From contig LSRY02000007.1 of NCBI GenBank assembly GCA_001643675.2, forward strand, positions 1,054,001-1,118,000: a DNA stretch of 64,000 bases. Direction: 5' to 3'. The notes under the pieces were generated by a model. It ran no database searches, had not been told where the DNA came from, and saw nothing but the letters and a program-made list of their open reading frames with translations. Positions 22,960 through 34,872 of this stretch are shown one piece after another (position 1 is the stretch's first letter; every line of letters starts with the position of its first letter). The stretch is from Monocercomonoides exilis PA203 (taxonomy: Eukaryota > Protista > Preaxostyla). The position numbers were made by a program, and so were the translations under genes.

Positions 22960-23240
22960 TTGGTTTTTATTTATTTTTCTATATATGAATATTTATCTGT
23001 TGACTGTTTTTGAGTTGTTTTCAGGGCAGGAAGTGGAAAAGAATGAAAATGAGAAAAAGCGGGATATCTCGTTGTGCAGGGTGGATATGGAGTTGGGAGA
23101 GAGAATCCATACGAAAAGTGCCCAGGGTGAAGGGATTGGAAGGAAATTGTAGATGATATTTTTGTAAAAAATAGTTTTTGGATATTGAGTGTGGAATTGA
23201 AAAAAAGCAAAAATCTTACATATTTCAGAATAGCAAGCAA
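22960..23240 (-). repeat. Dispersed diverged repeat, copy A (arrestin-N-like coding remnant)
   Basis: Similar to 27320-27600 (shared AAAGTGCCCAGG.TGAA.GGATT core). Minus-strand SLHPGHFSYGFSLPTPYPP versus SFHPGHFPYEF. Confidence 0.5.
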
Positions 23241-23699
23241 TTAGTGAACTCAAAGGAAGGTAATGATTATTGGAAAGGCTGCTTTGCGAAATGCTTTGCT
23301 AAAGCTGTCGAAAATTATTGTTTTCAACAAATGCTTTTATATCTTTAGCATCAATTTCTTAATTTCTTTGCAACAACATCTTAAAACAAATTTTTATATA
23401 AAAATTTAATTGATTATGTATTGTTATTATTGTTTTCACGTTTAAAAAACCAGTAAACTTTTGTTTTGTTCTGTTTATTTAAGTTTCGATTTTTTTGAAA
23501 AAATTTTAATATTTTTTTTAAAATATGTTACAAAAACAATTGGAAACAAATATAAATCAACAAATAAATAATAATAACAATATATTAAACAATATTTTCG
23601 CATAATTAAACAAAAATATTTTCGATTCAACCCCACCCTTAATGAAAATTTTTTATGATCAAACGTCGGAATTTTTTATGATATCAAAAAAAACCACCC

Positions 23700-24284
23700 A
23701 TATTGTGAATGAGCTGCATGTCGGAAGAGAATCAACAAGAGAATTGAAAGAGCTGGAAAATTCTATGGGTTTAAAAAGAGAGAAAAGCAAAAAGGAGGGA
23801 GAGAAAAAGAAAGAGAAGAAGTAATCGCGTTGAAAAGATGGCTGAGAACATTGGTATCTTTTTTCGACTTATGCACGTTGTTGTATGAATAGTTTGCTGG
23901 ACTTATTGGGTGTGCTGAAGACGTATTTCAAGCAGCAAAGGAATATAATGAAGAAATATGTTCTTTGTGAATTAATTCCTATCAAGATGCAGCAAAAAGC
24001 ACATCAGTGAAAGATAAAAACTTGCTGAAGAGCTGTTGAAGCTGTTTTGGAGGGGATTCAGCCACCAGCATTGGATAATGAAATAGTATATGAAAGCTTG
24101 GTTTTTTTTAAATATAATTACAAGGAAATTGAAATGGAATAAGAAAGATGGAACAGATGAAGCGAAAAGAAAAGAGTTGAAAACGAAAATGTTCAAAAAG
24201 TTGGAGGAAGAAGGTTTCGAAGATATAATTGATTGTTTTCATGGAATATGTGATAAAATTTACGAAGAAAATGACGACGAATGA
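23700..24284 (+). pseudogene. 3' half of the multigene-family pseudogene split by the 19515-23699 insertion
   Basis: IVNELHVGRESTRELKELE...KKDGTDEAKRKELKTKMFKKLEEEGFEDIIDCFH, with internal stops. Confidence 0.6.
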
Positions 24285-24865
24285 TGAATTATCATTCGAC
24301 ATTTCCAATTATCTTGAGAATGCTTAAATAACGAAAACTCATTTGTTTTTTTCACTTCAATTTTCATTTTTTTCATTTTTTCATCATTTCGTTAAAATAA
24401 AAATCAGAGAATGAAAGATATATTGATACATTTGTTTCATATCTTTTAAATAGGGAAAAAAAATTCAAAAAGATAATTTAATAATTCAAAAAGAAGAGTT
24501 ATAGGAAGATTCATGTTTATTTTGATTCAGGAGGTGCTTTTCTGTTACGATAGCCTCTTCAATTTCGCCTGTAAGTGAATGATAATAAATTGTTCTAGGG
24601 CATTCCAAAATACTCCCATCAAAAGTATTGCACTCATCTTTGTTCATTCGCATAATTCCTCTGCTTTCAGTGAAAGTGAATATTTTGAAATGAAGAAATG
24701 ATTCTTTATAAGCAAGATTGATTTTGAGCTCCATCCTCAAATTATCTTTTTATCTTTTGTTTTGATCATTATTCCAGTAAAAATCACAACAGCTCCAAGT
24801 GCCACTGACTTGCATGATCCGAGAAGGAAGATTTTGTTCGCTTATAGAAGTGAAAAAATGAAAGG

Positions 24866-25861
24866 GTCAACTTTTTAATGGGACTTTTTCCTTAATTGGC
24901 ACTTTTTTTGTTTTTGCTTGCAAAATATCGAGAAATGAGAAGTAGTTTTCAGCATTTTAAAAATCCTTTTTAACAAGTTTAATTCCATTTATTTACTGTT
25001 TTCATTTTTATTTTCGTTTTTTACACATCGAGAAATTTCGTTTTTTTGTTAAATTTAATAGTACTTTTTCTAGCCAACTGGGAATCGCTCAAGAAATTGG
25101 GGAAATGTTTTGTATTGCATTTGCTTCGAACTATTAATCTTAAAAAAATTTTTTTTCACAAACACTTTTTTCTTGATTTTTTCGCATTTCAAATTTTCAT
25201 CAACATGATAACATAAAACTGTTTATTTCTTTATCAATATGGGTTTTTTTTTTTTTTGACAAGTCACAAATGTTTAATTTTTAAATACTTCAAAAATTAC
25301 AAATTTTGCTAAACATTTTGTTTGCAAATATCAAACTTCACTTAAATGGAATCTATGAGTTGATAATGCTATTTCAAACATTCATAAAAAGATTTGTGAG
25401 CTGAAACAGAAATTTGAGCCAAATATGAAAATTTTTACATATTTAAAAATTAAACATTTGTGACTTGTCAAAAAAAAAAAAAACCCATATTGATAAAGAA
25501 ATAAACAGTTTTATGTTATCATGTTGATGAAAATTTGAAATGCGAAAAAATCAAGAAAAAAGTGTTTGTGAAAAAAAATTTTTTTAAGATTAATAGTTCG
25601 AAGCAAATGCAATACAAAACATTTCCCCAATTTCTTGAGCGATTCCCAGTTGGCTAGAAAAAGTACTATTAAATTTAACAAAAAAACGAAATTTCTCGAT
25701 GTGTAAAAAACGAAAATAAAAATGAAAACAGTAAATAAATGGAATTAAACTTGTTAAAAAGGATTTTTAAAATGCTGAAAACTACTTCTCATTTCTCGAT
25801 ATTTTGCAAGCAAAAACAAAAAAAGTGCCAATTAAGGAAAAAGTCCCATTAAAAAGTTGAC
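24866..25861. repeat. Long inverted repeat/foldback element: 422-bp arms (24866-25287, 25440-25861) and a 152-bp spacer
   Basis: The arms are reverse complements with a constant coordinate sum of 50727, and no mismatch was seen by eye. Non-coding, no TSD found. Confidence 0.92.
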
Positions 25862-26574
25862 ACTATGTCGATGATGAATCCTCTGCCTGAGAAATAGGTA
25901 ATTTTCATAATGCAGCGAAAGGATTCTTAAATACATTAACTCCGTATTTAATTATTCATATTAATCAATGGATTGTTCTCTCAGCTCATTTTTCAGTACA
26001 ATTTCAAATACTATAAGTCTGTAAATCGATTCATATTTCATCGTCAAAATATTGAACTTTATTTTCTTTGGAATTTAACGTTTTGAAATCTTTATTGAAC
26101 AGCTGCCTGTAATTAGTACGCCTTCGAGGATAATTCTCTTTCCTCATTGAAGTTAATTCAATTTTCTCACAATTATTGTGCAATGGCATTTTTTCAAAGT
26201 TGTTTGAATCTAAAAGACTTATCAACTGCTTCTATGTGTAAATATTTAAATAGACATTTTTATTCATTGTTTAAAAAATTAATTATCCTGTTAGGAACGA
26301 AAATAAACGAGATAATTCAAACAATAGTTGATTGCAATTCTGTAAAACCCAATTCAACATTCCTTCAATATGTTGGTACATTTGAATGAAACAAAATTTT
26401 GTAATGTCATGTCGTTTTTTCTATTCATATTTGTTCTTTTTTGAAGAAAAAAAGAATGATATTGTGAAAATAAGAAGTGTTATGGTTGAAATAAATAAGA
26501 AATGAAAATCTCGGAAATTAGGAAACAAAAATGTGCACATTTTCATTTTGGTTCTTTTTTCAACTGAATAACCT

Positions 26575-26745
26575 CTCTGACTTCGTGTGACGTCAGTGAC
26601 TTTGTTACGTCAGTGACATATCAAAATTCCGATTTTGATGATCACGTCATTGAAATTTACATTTTGGAAATACTTATGAAAACCTGAGTGACGTGAAGAA
26701 GATTTTCCCTTCACGTCCGTCACTGGAGTGTCTTCGCGTCAGTAT
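26575..26745. repeat. TGACGT/ACGTCA motif array (transposon subterminal-like), related to 34130-34606
   Basis: Multiple TGACGT/CGTCA units, a GACGTGAAG..CTTCACGTC hairpin, and AAACCTGAGTGACGTG (26680-26695), the exact reverse complement of 34399-34414. Confidence 0.7.
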
Positions 26746-27319
26746 TTAAAAATTTCAAATAAGTTTGTTTTTTGATGTCCAATGCTAAAAATTTTTATAA
26801 AAACATTCATTCACAAATATTATTTATAATATTTTTATTCATTTTCTATTTTTTGATTTTTTTATTTGTTCCATAATTATTTTTGCAAATTTTTCAAAAA
26901 TCTAAGATCAGCAATTGGGCGTTGCTATTGTTTGGGGAAAATTTGATTTGTTTGGTATTTTTTTTTATTGCTAAGTCGCTTTACACAAATATTCAGAATA
27001 AATTGCACTTCAACATGAGATAGAAATGGATATTGACGTGTTTGCCAAATTTTCCATTTTTGTTGTAAACGAAAAAGAAATATTAACATTTATTTCAGTC
27101 GTGAAACGCAATTTTTCTATTTAAGATTGAGAAAGAAACTGAAAGAATTGGTATGATTTCATTTTCTTCTTTTTGTTCTATATTTTCAACTATTTAAGAA
27201 ATAGAGCAACGTATTTTTAACAAACAGTATTCCTTTGGATAAACAAAATTTTGTGGACTCATAAGGCGCTAAAGAATGATTTTCTGTTTAAAATAGAGAA
27301 GAAGGTTTGTAATTTATTT

Positions 27320-27600
27320 GTTTTACAAAATATGAATGTTTATTTATTGACAGCTTTTGCACTGATTTCAGAGCAGCAGATAGAAATGATCGAAAATGAA
27401 TAAAAGCACAATTTCTTGTTATACAGTCTGACTATCAAGTTCGGACAGCGAATTCATAAGGAAAGTGCCCAGGATGAAAGGATTTGGATGGGAATTGGAG
27501 ATGAAATTTTCTAACGAAAAACAATCTTTTTTTCACTAAGAAAGATGGAATTTGAGCCGAATATATAAATATTTCATTTTTCAGAAGAGCAAGAAATCGA
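27320..27600 (-). repeat. Dispersed diverged repeat, copy B
   Basis: Similar to 22960-23240. Confidence 0.5.
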
Positions 27601-28049
27601 TGTATTTGATGGAGAAACAACTGATGGAAAGGATTATTTGCGAATCAGATGATAAAACATTCGAAAACGGAAGGAATAATGAAATTGATAAAGAAAACAG
27701 ATACCAACTGAATAAAATATAGACATTGGCTTAAAAATATGTTTGGAAGGTTTGCTGTTGTTATTTTTTTTTTCAGGTGATTATTATTTTGTTTTAAGAA
27801 TGCTGAAAGAGCGAAGGATAAGATGGCTTTGAAGAAAAAAAGTGGGGAAGGAAAAATACAGACAGACAGATGAAATTTAGGATATTTCGAAGATGCCTGG
27901 CTTTGAGCTTTGACAAAGAATTATTTTTGAGGAAAGAAGATTTTTTGTGAAAGAGGGGAAGCGAAAGAAGAAGAGATGGAATGAAAAAGGGATCGCTCAA
28001 TATTTCCTATTTTTCGTTGGAGAGAGAGAGAAAGAGATTGAGCTGAAAG

Positions 28050-30552
28050 TGAAAAGGATTCAGATGTTTCTCCTCTGCAAAAGAAGACAAAATCCTGAAG
28101 AAGAGAGTTTCATTGAATTTCTCCGTTGATGTAAATTGGATCTCATCATCTCAATTTTCAACAATTAATCGTCTAATTCAATCCATTCACCATTACCTTC
28201 ATCAACTTCTTCTGCAAACACATCAACAACATTTCGCACAGCATCTCCTTCTTCTTCTTCTTCTTCTTCATTCACTTTCTCTGATTGAATTTCTTCACAT
28301 TCTGCGTTGAAATCAGAGATAATGTGTGAAATGAGAAGGAAACAAGGAAATGAATTGATGAAGGAAATTTACATAAATTAAAATGAGAAAAAGACGAATA
28401 AAAAATGGATAATAAGAAAGAATATTGAATGAAGTGAAAGAAAACAAAGTTCTTGATCTAATAAAATGTTTTGAAAGGAAATGTTGTTAAAAGAATTGAA
28501 GAAATTTTTGTGATGATATATATTTAGTGAAAAAGGAGAAAAGAAGTACGAGAAGAGAATAACAAACCAGAAATGCATGCAACAGCGGAGCAAGATGAGG
28601 ATAAAGAAGTGATAACTGAAGATGACAACGAAGTAGAAACAGAAGAAATAGCTCCATTACTGTTTGCACTGAGCGATGTCTGAAACAGAAACACTTTTAG
28701 AAGAAAAGAAGCTTTATGCAGTTCCGAAAACAGGATAACGGAGCTGCTTTTGAAAGGCACTCTCAAAAATATCTTCTGGTCTGGCTCTCTGAAACTGTCA
28801 TCCCATTCTCTGTCTTTCTCTCCCTCACCAAGCATCCCCCTCATCCCTCCATCCAAATCATCTCCATCGAAATCCTGCAGCCCATCCAACCCACCAAACT
28901 TCTCCTTCTTCGACGACATCTGCCCTTCATGTCCTCTTCCCCTTCATTTGACTCTTGCATCCCCAAAGGATCCGTACGAAATACACTTTCTTGCTTATTC
29001 ATTACTCCAGTTTGAATAAACCCTTAAATTCCCTGAATCTCCTGTGATTGCATAAACCACTGTCGCACTATTCCCTGTTGAGAAGACAATGGAACTGAAA
29101 CTGAACAAGAACCAGAAGAAGAGCCAGAAGACGGATTCAACAAGGGAGGAAGAGACACATTCACTCCGCTCACTTCTTCTGCAAAAGTCATTCTCCTTCC
29201 TCCAACACTGCTGCTTTGCGACTCTCTCAACGGACCCAAGTTCCTTTTGTCCTCTCTTGGAGTTCCTTTCATGGCGGACGTAGTTGGAGTGAGGTTGTAC
29301 TTCCCAAACGCTTTTCTCTCCTTCTCCTTCTGTAAATCCTTATCTTCTGCTCCACTTTTGCCTGTGCTGCTATTTCAAGCGCCTTCTTAGTGGTCTCATT
29401 GAGCTGAATGCAACTGGTCAATGTTCGCAACTGCAGTGTTGACGCAGCAGCTGCTGAAAGCGGATCAACAGGCTGCCTCGCCAGCGCCAACAGAAACAGG
29501 TTCTCTTCGTTTCTCGCTTTTTCCAGGACAGGGCAGAACTGCTCAAGTCGTGTGGCTATCCGAATGCCCCGAGATTTCGTCATGCGCTCAATAATGCTCA
29601 CTTTCAATGGCCGCTTGCGGATGCTTGGCTGATGAGGGGCTATTTCCAGTGAGGAGGAAGAGGAAGACTGAGATGGCACAGGATAAGAAGAAGGAGGAGG
29701 AAGCCTTCTGATTTTTCCCTGTTGTGAGGGAAATCTTTGTCTTTTTCTCATATGCAAGCGGCTCTGCACCTTCTTTCGCGATGAAGTCTTCACCGGCCAG
29801 AAGCGCTTGCGGCACAGTCTCCATATGAGTGAAACCTTCTGTCAATCACTTCCTTCTCTTAACTGCTCCTCCTCCAACATTCTCGTTCATCACACTCATT
29901 GAACCGTTTCTGCTTTCCAGCTTGATTGGAATCCTCACAAAATAACCTATTTTCATCAGCTGATAGAAGCTCCGGTATATTGTCCACTTTCCATACTCCG
30001 GCACAATCCCCCTTGTGTCATGGCACTCAAGCAGAGGGAAATCAGATGCCGATGCATTCAGCCGCTCCACGTCAGTCAGGTCGAGTATGTAGTCGATGCT
30101 CGTCCCACCTTCGTTCCGCAGAACAATCGACTGCATTGGTGCATCCAACTCGCCGATGGGCACCTATTCCAGAAAGCGTATTTCCGTAGCTTCTTCTCCT
30201 CGCCCGATCTCAAACACAGCATGCTCCTCGGAGAAACTCAACGTTTGCAACGAGATCTTCAAAACGTACTGCTTCCCAGCGGAGCAGCACCCATATTGAA
30301 AATCAAATGGAACAGACTCTGCAGAAAGTGCATATCAGCCTCTGTGAAAAGTTTTTCTTCGTGGAGGTTGAATGTCTTCGCTGTTAGTGTGAGCTCGTAT
30401 GCAAAAATATGGTTTTGACAGTTAAATGTCAGCTTTTCCTTGAGAATCGTCTTTTCAGTGATCCAGCAGTGCTCATCCACACAGCTGCAGATGGAAGGAT
30501 TATTTGAATTTCTCCTATCCATGAAACTGTAAGTGCATTTGGCAAGATGCAA
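28050..30552 (-). pseudogene. Decayed fragment of a CFAP65/CCDC108-like ciliary protein gene
   Basis: FNMGAAPLGS and VPIGELDAPMQSIVLRNEGGTSIDYILDL...FPLLECHDTRGIVP...YFVRIPIKL resemble CFAP65 Ig-like/ASH repeats (recalled similarity, not searched). Many stops and frameshifts. Confidence 0.55.
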
Positions 30553-31224
30553 AGGGCTAAAAAATATTTTGATCGTATGGAGCTCTCTTCACAAAATGGA
30601 ATAGCTGTGTTGTTTTTTTGGATGGACCGGACAAAATTGCAAATGTCAAAATAGTTAAAGAAGGAATGATTAGTAAATCGAATGGCTTTTGGAAGAAGAA
30701 GAGAAGAATAAAGGAATGAATCATTCAATAAAAAACTTCTTGAATGAAGGAAAGTGAAGAAATCTTCATTCCACAAGCTGTATCAGTCGCCAGAAATGAT
30801 TAAATGCAAACACTCAAACACATCAATGTTCATTTAATAATAAAAGTTTGTATTGATGATGCTGCGAAAGAGTATTCAGATTTTTTATTTTGTTTTAATT
30901 TTGCATTGTTCATCTGTTACTGTCTTTCATGAAATTTCAATTTCAGAGACTTTCATTGCTGGAACATAAAACCACAAATTTCCGATGTTAGACGAAGCGG
31001 ATGTCCGTCGTTCATAAAGATAAAAACATATGTCTGCATGATTTTTCATTTTTTAAAAACATATAAAGAGAAATCATTCGCAACTTAAAGATCATTTAAT
31101 CACGTTGAAAGCGTTTTATTTTTGAATATGATTTATATGCTTTGTTTGTTCAATAAGAATAACTTGAAAAATAGAATGAAATGAAATAAATTTTTATAAG
31201 ACAAATACAAAACAGTGTTAAAAG

Positions 31225-34123
31225 TCAAATATGAAGTAATGCTTCCAAAGTTTGTAAGCTAATCGAGTTTCTTTTATCTCCAATTATGTTTTTGATTTTT
31301 GAAATAATTCTCTCGCAGCTTGCTTCGCTGCATTGAGATAGGATTAGTGATAAACATAAGCCTGAATACAACGATTGGAGATTACCAAACTCAGCAATAA
31401 CATTGTAAAAGATTTCTGTATCTTTTTCGATTATTTCTTCTGGCTTCGATTTCATTTGATTTTCAAAGAACAACTTACAAGCAGTTATAGAATTGTTTCC
31501 ATAATCTTTAAGCACACTCCGAGCATAATTAGTAAATGATCTGTCAAGTCGAGGAAACCAGTTTGTGTATAGCAAATTTTGTATTTCTTGCAAAATAGTT
31601 TTTTCTTTCTCTTCGTTGAATTCAGTACATAAATCTATTTTCTTTGTTGAAAATAATTCCTGTACGTCTTCTTCGTCTTCATCTTGAAACGTCTCTTCTC
31701 CAGCTATGCTGCATGCACAATGAAATGAGTCATTTCTCAATTCAGTATCGATATCTGAAAAATGTTCTGAAGAAGAAGAAGAAGATCTCAAAGTCGGCGA
31801 GATGGAAGAAGAAGGAGATGTTGATGATGACGCAAAATCTTCCCGTATAAATGAAGAATCTTCTGTTTCCAATTCCTTACGTAATAAACAATCATATACA
31901 TCATTAATTGCATCGTTTTCTGCTTGTGCTAGTCCAAATTCGTCGCTTTCTTCGCTTTCACTTTCTTCCAAACCCTCCAATTCACCAATTTTCGTTAAAT
32001 CATCTTTTTCTTTTTCTTCAATTTCTTTTATTAGTTTTTCGATCTCAATAAATTCCTCATTTTTATTTTCCAAACCTAAAAATTATAAAAAAAAAATTAA
32101 AAAGATAAAGAAATATTGATTGCAAACTGTTGCTTTTAATTGATGAATTTTGTTTGTCGAAGCAAACTTGTTTTCTTTTAAGCATTGAAAGATCATTAGT
32201 ATCATGAGCATCTTCATTCATGAAGGAAGTTGATGAATAGAAAGAAAACATATTTTTTGACACAAAATATGTTTTTTCCGAAATATCTAATGGAAAAGGA
32301 CAAGGATGAAAAATTGAAACAGGGAAAGATTGAGGTTGATTTAACAATGTTGTTTCACTTTCATCGGATTGTTGAATTGAACACCCCAATGGAAAAGAGG
32401 AAGAAAGTCGAATTCTCGGAAATGTTTGCTTTCTTAATAGTTGTATTCCTTCTCGTGTTAAAGAATAAAAAAGGAACACGTACTCCCCCCGAATTCCTGT
32501 TAAAAAATAATTATGTAACAAAAGAATAACGTTAGCGATTGCGTTGTGCCATTTTGCATCTTGAAACAAATGATGCTTGGAAATATAAAATAGATAATCA
32601 AATGAATCGAGGAAATAAGGAAACACTTGACAAAGCTATGTTCTGTCTTTTTCAAACTTTAAATGAAGATTCTGTAGAGGGAAAAGCAACAACTCAGTTT
32701 TGATGATATCAAACTCACTTGAATAATCGATAAATTTTTCATTCACAACTATATCGAATTTTTTCCTTATAAATGAAGAAATATTGTAAAAACTCATCCA
32801 TCTTGTTGTTACGAATGAAGGAATGCGCTTTTTCAAGAGTGTTCTGACTGATTTAGAATGGGACCGCTGTGCAAAATCTGGCAACTTTTGTTTGATCGAA
32901 ATCAAGAATGGTATTTTTGTAAAAGCATTTGTGATGACCAAATTTGTTAGATGGTTGCAGCAATGAATATGAATCGGATTAAATGAATGTTTGTTGATTT
33001 CGATACTTCCTGAGCAAGTTTTTTCGAACTCAGAGAATTGAATAATTGCCTTTTTCTGTGAAGAAAAACCATCAGTGCAAAAACTTCTGATTACTGCATT
33101 AAACAAACGAAACTCTGAAATTAATTGTTGAATGAATATAAAAAACTCTAACGTTGTTCCACACGATTCATAAAGACCCCAAAAAAACGGAGAAGAATTC
33201 AAAGATAAAATAGAAACATTCACCACCATGAACTTTTTATTAGCGGCAGTTGCTCCATCAAACATTACGCTTATTCCCTTGTTTGAAACTTTTTGCCTTT
33301 TTTCCTTCTCTTTGTCAGTTTTAGCATTGATGATCAAATGAGAAATTTTCCTTCGTGTTAAATATGGGAAAATCGAAAAAGGTGAAATAGAAGGATTTGC
33401 TTGACCTGCTCGAATTAAAGAAAATATGAATGTTTTAACTTCCTTTGAGGATGAAGACAAAAAGGAAGCATTGCACCTCCCAACCATCGAAATAAACTGT
33501 TTTTCCAATTCTTTGGGTGAACAATCTCGTTCAAATGATATAGAGAGCTCTTGAGAACTTTTGGTTATGGGTAAATCTATCTGTTTTTTGAAATTCAAAA
33601 ATTCTCGAAAACTCAGCAAATCGCATTTGTGATGTTTAACAATAGAATAATTCTTCCTTCCTGATATGCCACAAGCATATCCATCCTTGGATACAGGGCA
33701 AAGGAAATACTTGTGACAATCTTTCCCTGTATATCCATTTTCGTCCGTAATTACATAAGTTATCCAAAAATTATCTTCCAACAGTTCAAATTTGAGCTTT
33801 GATATATATTCATTTATCTTTTTAGGATGAACGAACACTTGGAAAAATTAACAAAAAATGAATCTTGAATATTCTTTTCAAATATAACGTTAACCTGTTC
33901 CATATTTTGAGTTAATGCGTTTTTGAAGTTGAACAAAAGTGCACTTCGCTTTTTCCATTTTCTTTTTCATTGTTTCATACGCTTCTTCCTGCAACAAAAC
34001 AAATACAAAATAATATATTTTATCAAATGCATTTTTGAAAAAGCAAACAATTAGAGGGTTATTGAGGCTCGAAACCAACTCATCAGGCAATTCACTTTGA
34101 AAACCTTTCGACAGTATTTCCAT
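31225..34123 (-). pseudogene. hAT-superfamily transposase with ~3 introns and one in-frame TAG (32636-32638)
   Basis: N-terminal Cys/His finger (CPVS..YAC...KHHKC), SVMFDGAT, FCTDG, HIHCCNHLTNL (CxxH), VTTRWMS, LFPLQNLHLKFEKD, C-terminal SEASCERIISKIK..IGDKRNSI dimerisation motif. ORFs 32636-33838 and 32063-32626 share a frame. Confidence 0.85.
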
Positions 34124-34129
34124 TTGCGT

Positions 34130-34606
34130 ATTGACTGAAGCTGACGTCAGTGACCGTCAATGACAATTAAAATTCCTCAAATGACTAATGCGTCAGTGAA
34201 ATACAAGTTATTTGTGTGATCAAAAATTAAAACTAAATACTAAGATATTATTTATTTATTATTGAAAAGGATAAATTATTAGAAAAAAAATAATATTAAC
34301 ATTTTCAAAAGACAATGAGAGAATTATTGAAAAATTTTCGGTGACGTGATGGAATTTCCAAGTCCGTCAGAATTCGAAAATTTCACGTCAAAAGTCAGCA
34401 CGTCACTCAGGTTTATACTTGTGAAAGAAAAAAAATTTTTTGGTTATCAAGAAAAGAATCGAAAAAATATTAATTAAAATAAAAATATATTACAAATATG
34501 AAACAATAACTATCATTTTTTGGAATAATTATCACCTACGCAAAATTTTTTTTCACGTCCGTCAAAAGTCAAAAACATCACGTCAAAAGTCAGTAAGTCA
34601 CACAGA
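34130..34606. repeat. TGACGT/CGTCA-rich subterminal array upstream of the hAT transposase
   Basis: Repeated TGACGTCAGTGAC, CACGTCAAAAGTCAG (x2) and TTCACGTCCGTCA. Confidence 0.7.
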
Positions 34607-34872
34607 TTTAATAAGAAATAATTGAGTGGAACAAAATTCAAAAGGCAAAATATTTCGTATTAAATCTCTTTTTCGAAAAATGAGCATAAAAGAGGACAAT
34701 GTTTGTATTTTTTTTAAAAAACACCATATTCAACAAAAAATAACGCTTTGATTTTGTACACTTTTGCATATCATATATTGTCTAATAATATCGATAAATT
34801 CCGATCAAAATATTTGAAAAAAAGTTTTTATTGCACATGTATGATCAGTTTTGTTGATCTTTTTTTTGTTTT

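Larger units (their letters stand above)
19515..23699. mobile_element. Non-autonomous Pack-like TIR element (4185 bp), 27-bp TIRs, ATAT TSD, carrying decayed host-like gene fragments
   Basis: ATAT|GTGTGGTTTTTTTTGATATCATAAAAA (19515-19541) ... TTTTTATGATATCAAAAAAAACCACCC|ATAT (23673-23699), 26/27 match. Removing it re-joins the frame ...ENLDDN-IVNELH... Confidence 0.8.

Noticed and set aside
24486-26400. Short ORFs flanking the palindrome (24486-24740, 26031-26225, 26147-26389)
   Set aside because: No recognisable motifs. They could be decayed coding remnants, but the sequence does not support a call.
32636-32638. In-frame TAG as evidence for a TAR=Gln genetic code
   Set aside because: Conserved genes in the window end at TAG or TAA (WRNIP1, MCM3, GT25, CDK5RAP3) and show no internal TAR codons. 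Interrupting stops occur only in the repeat island.
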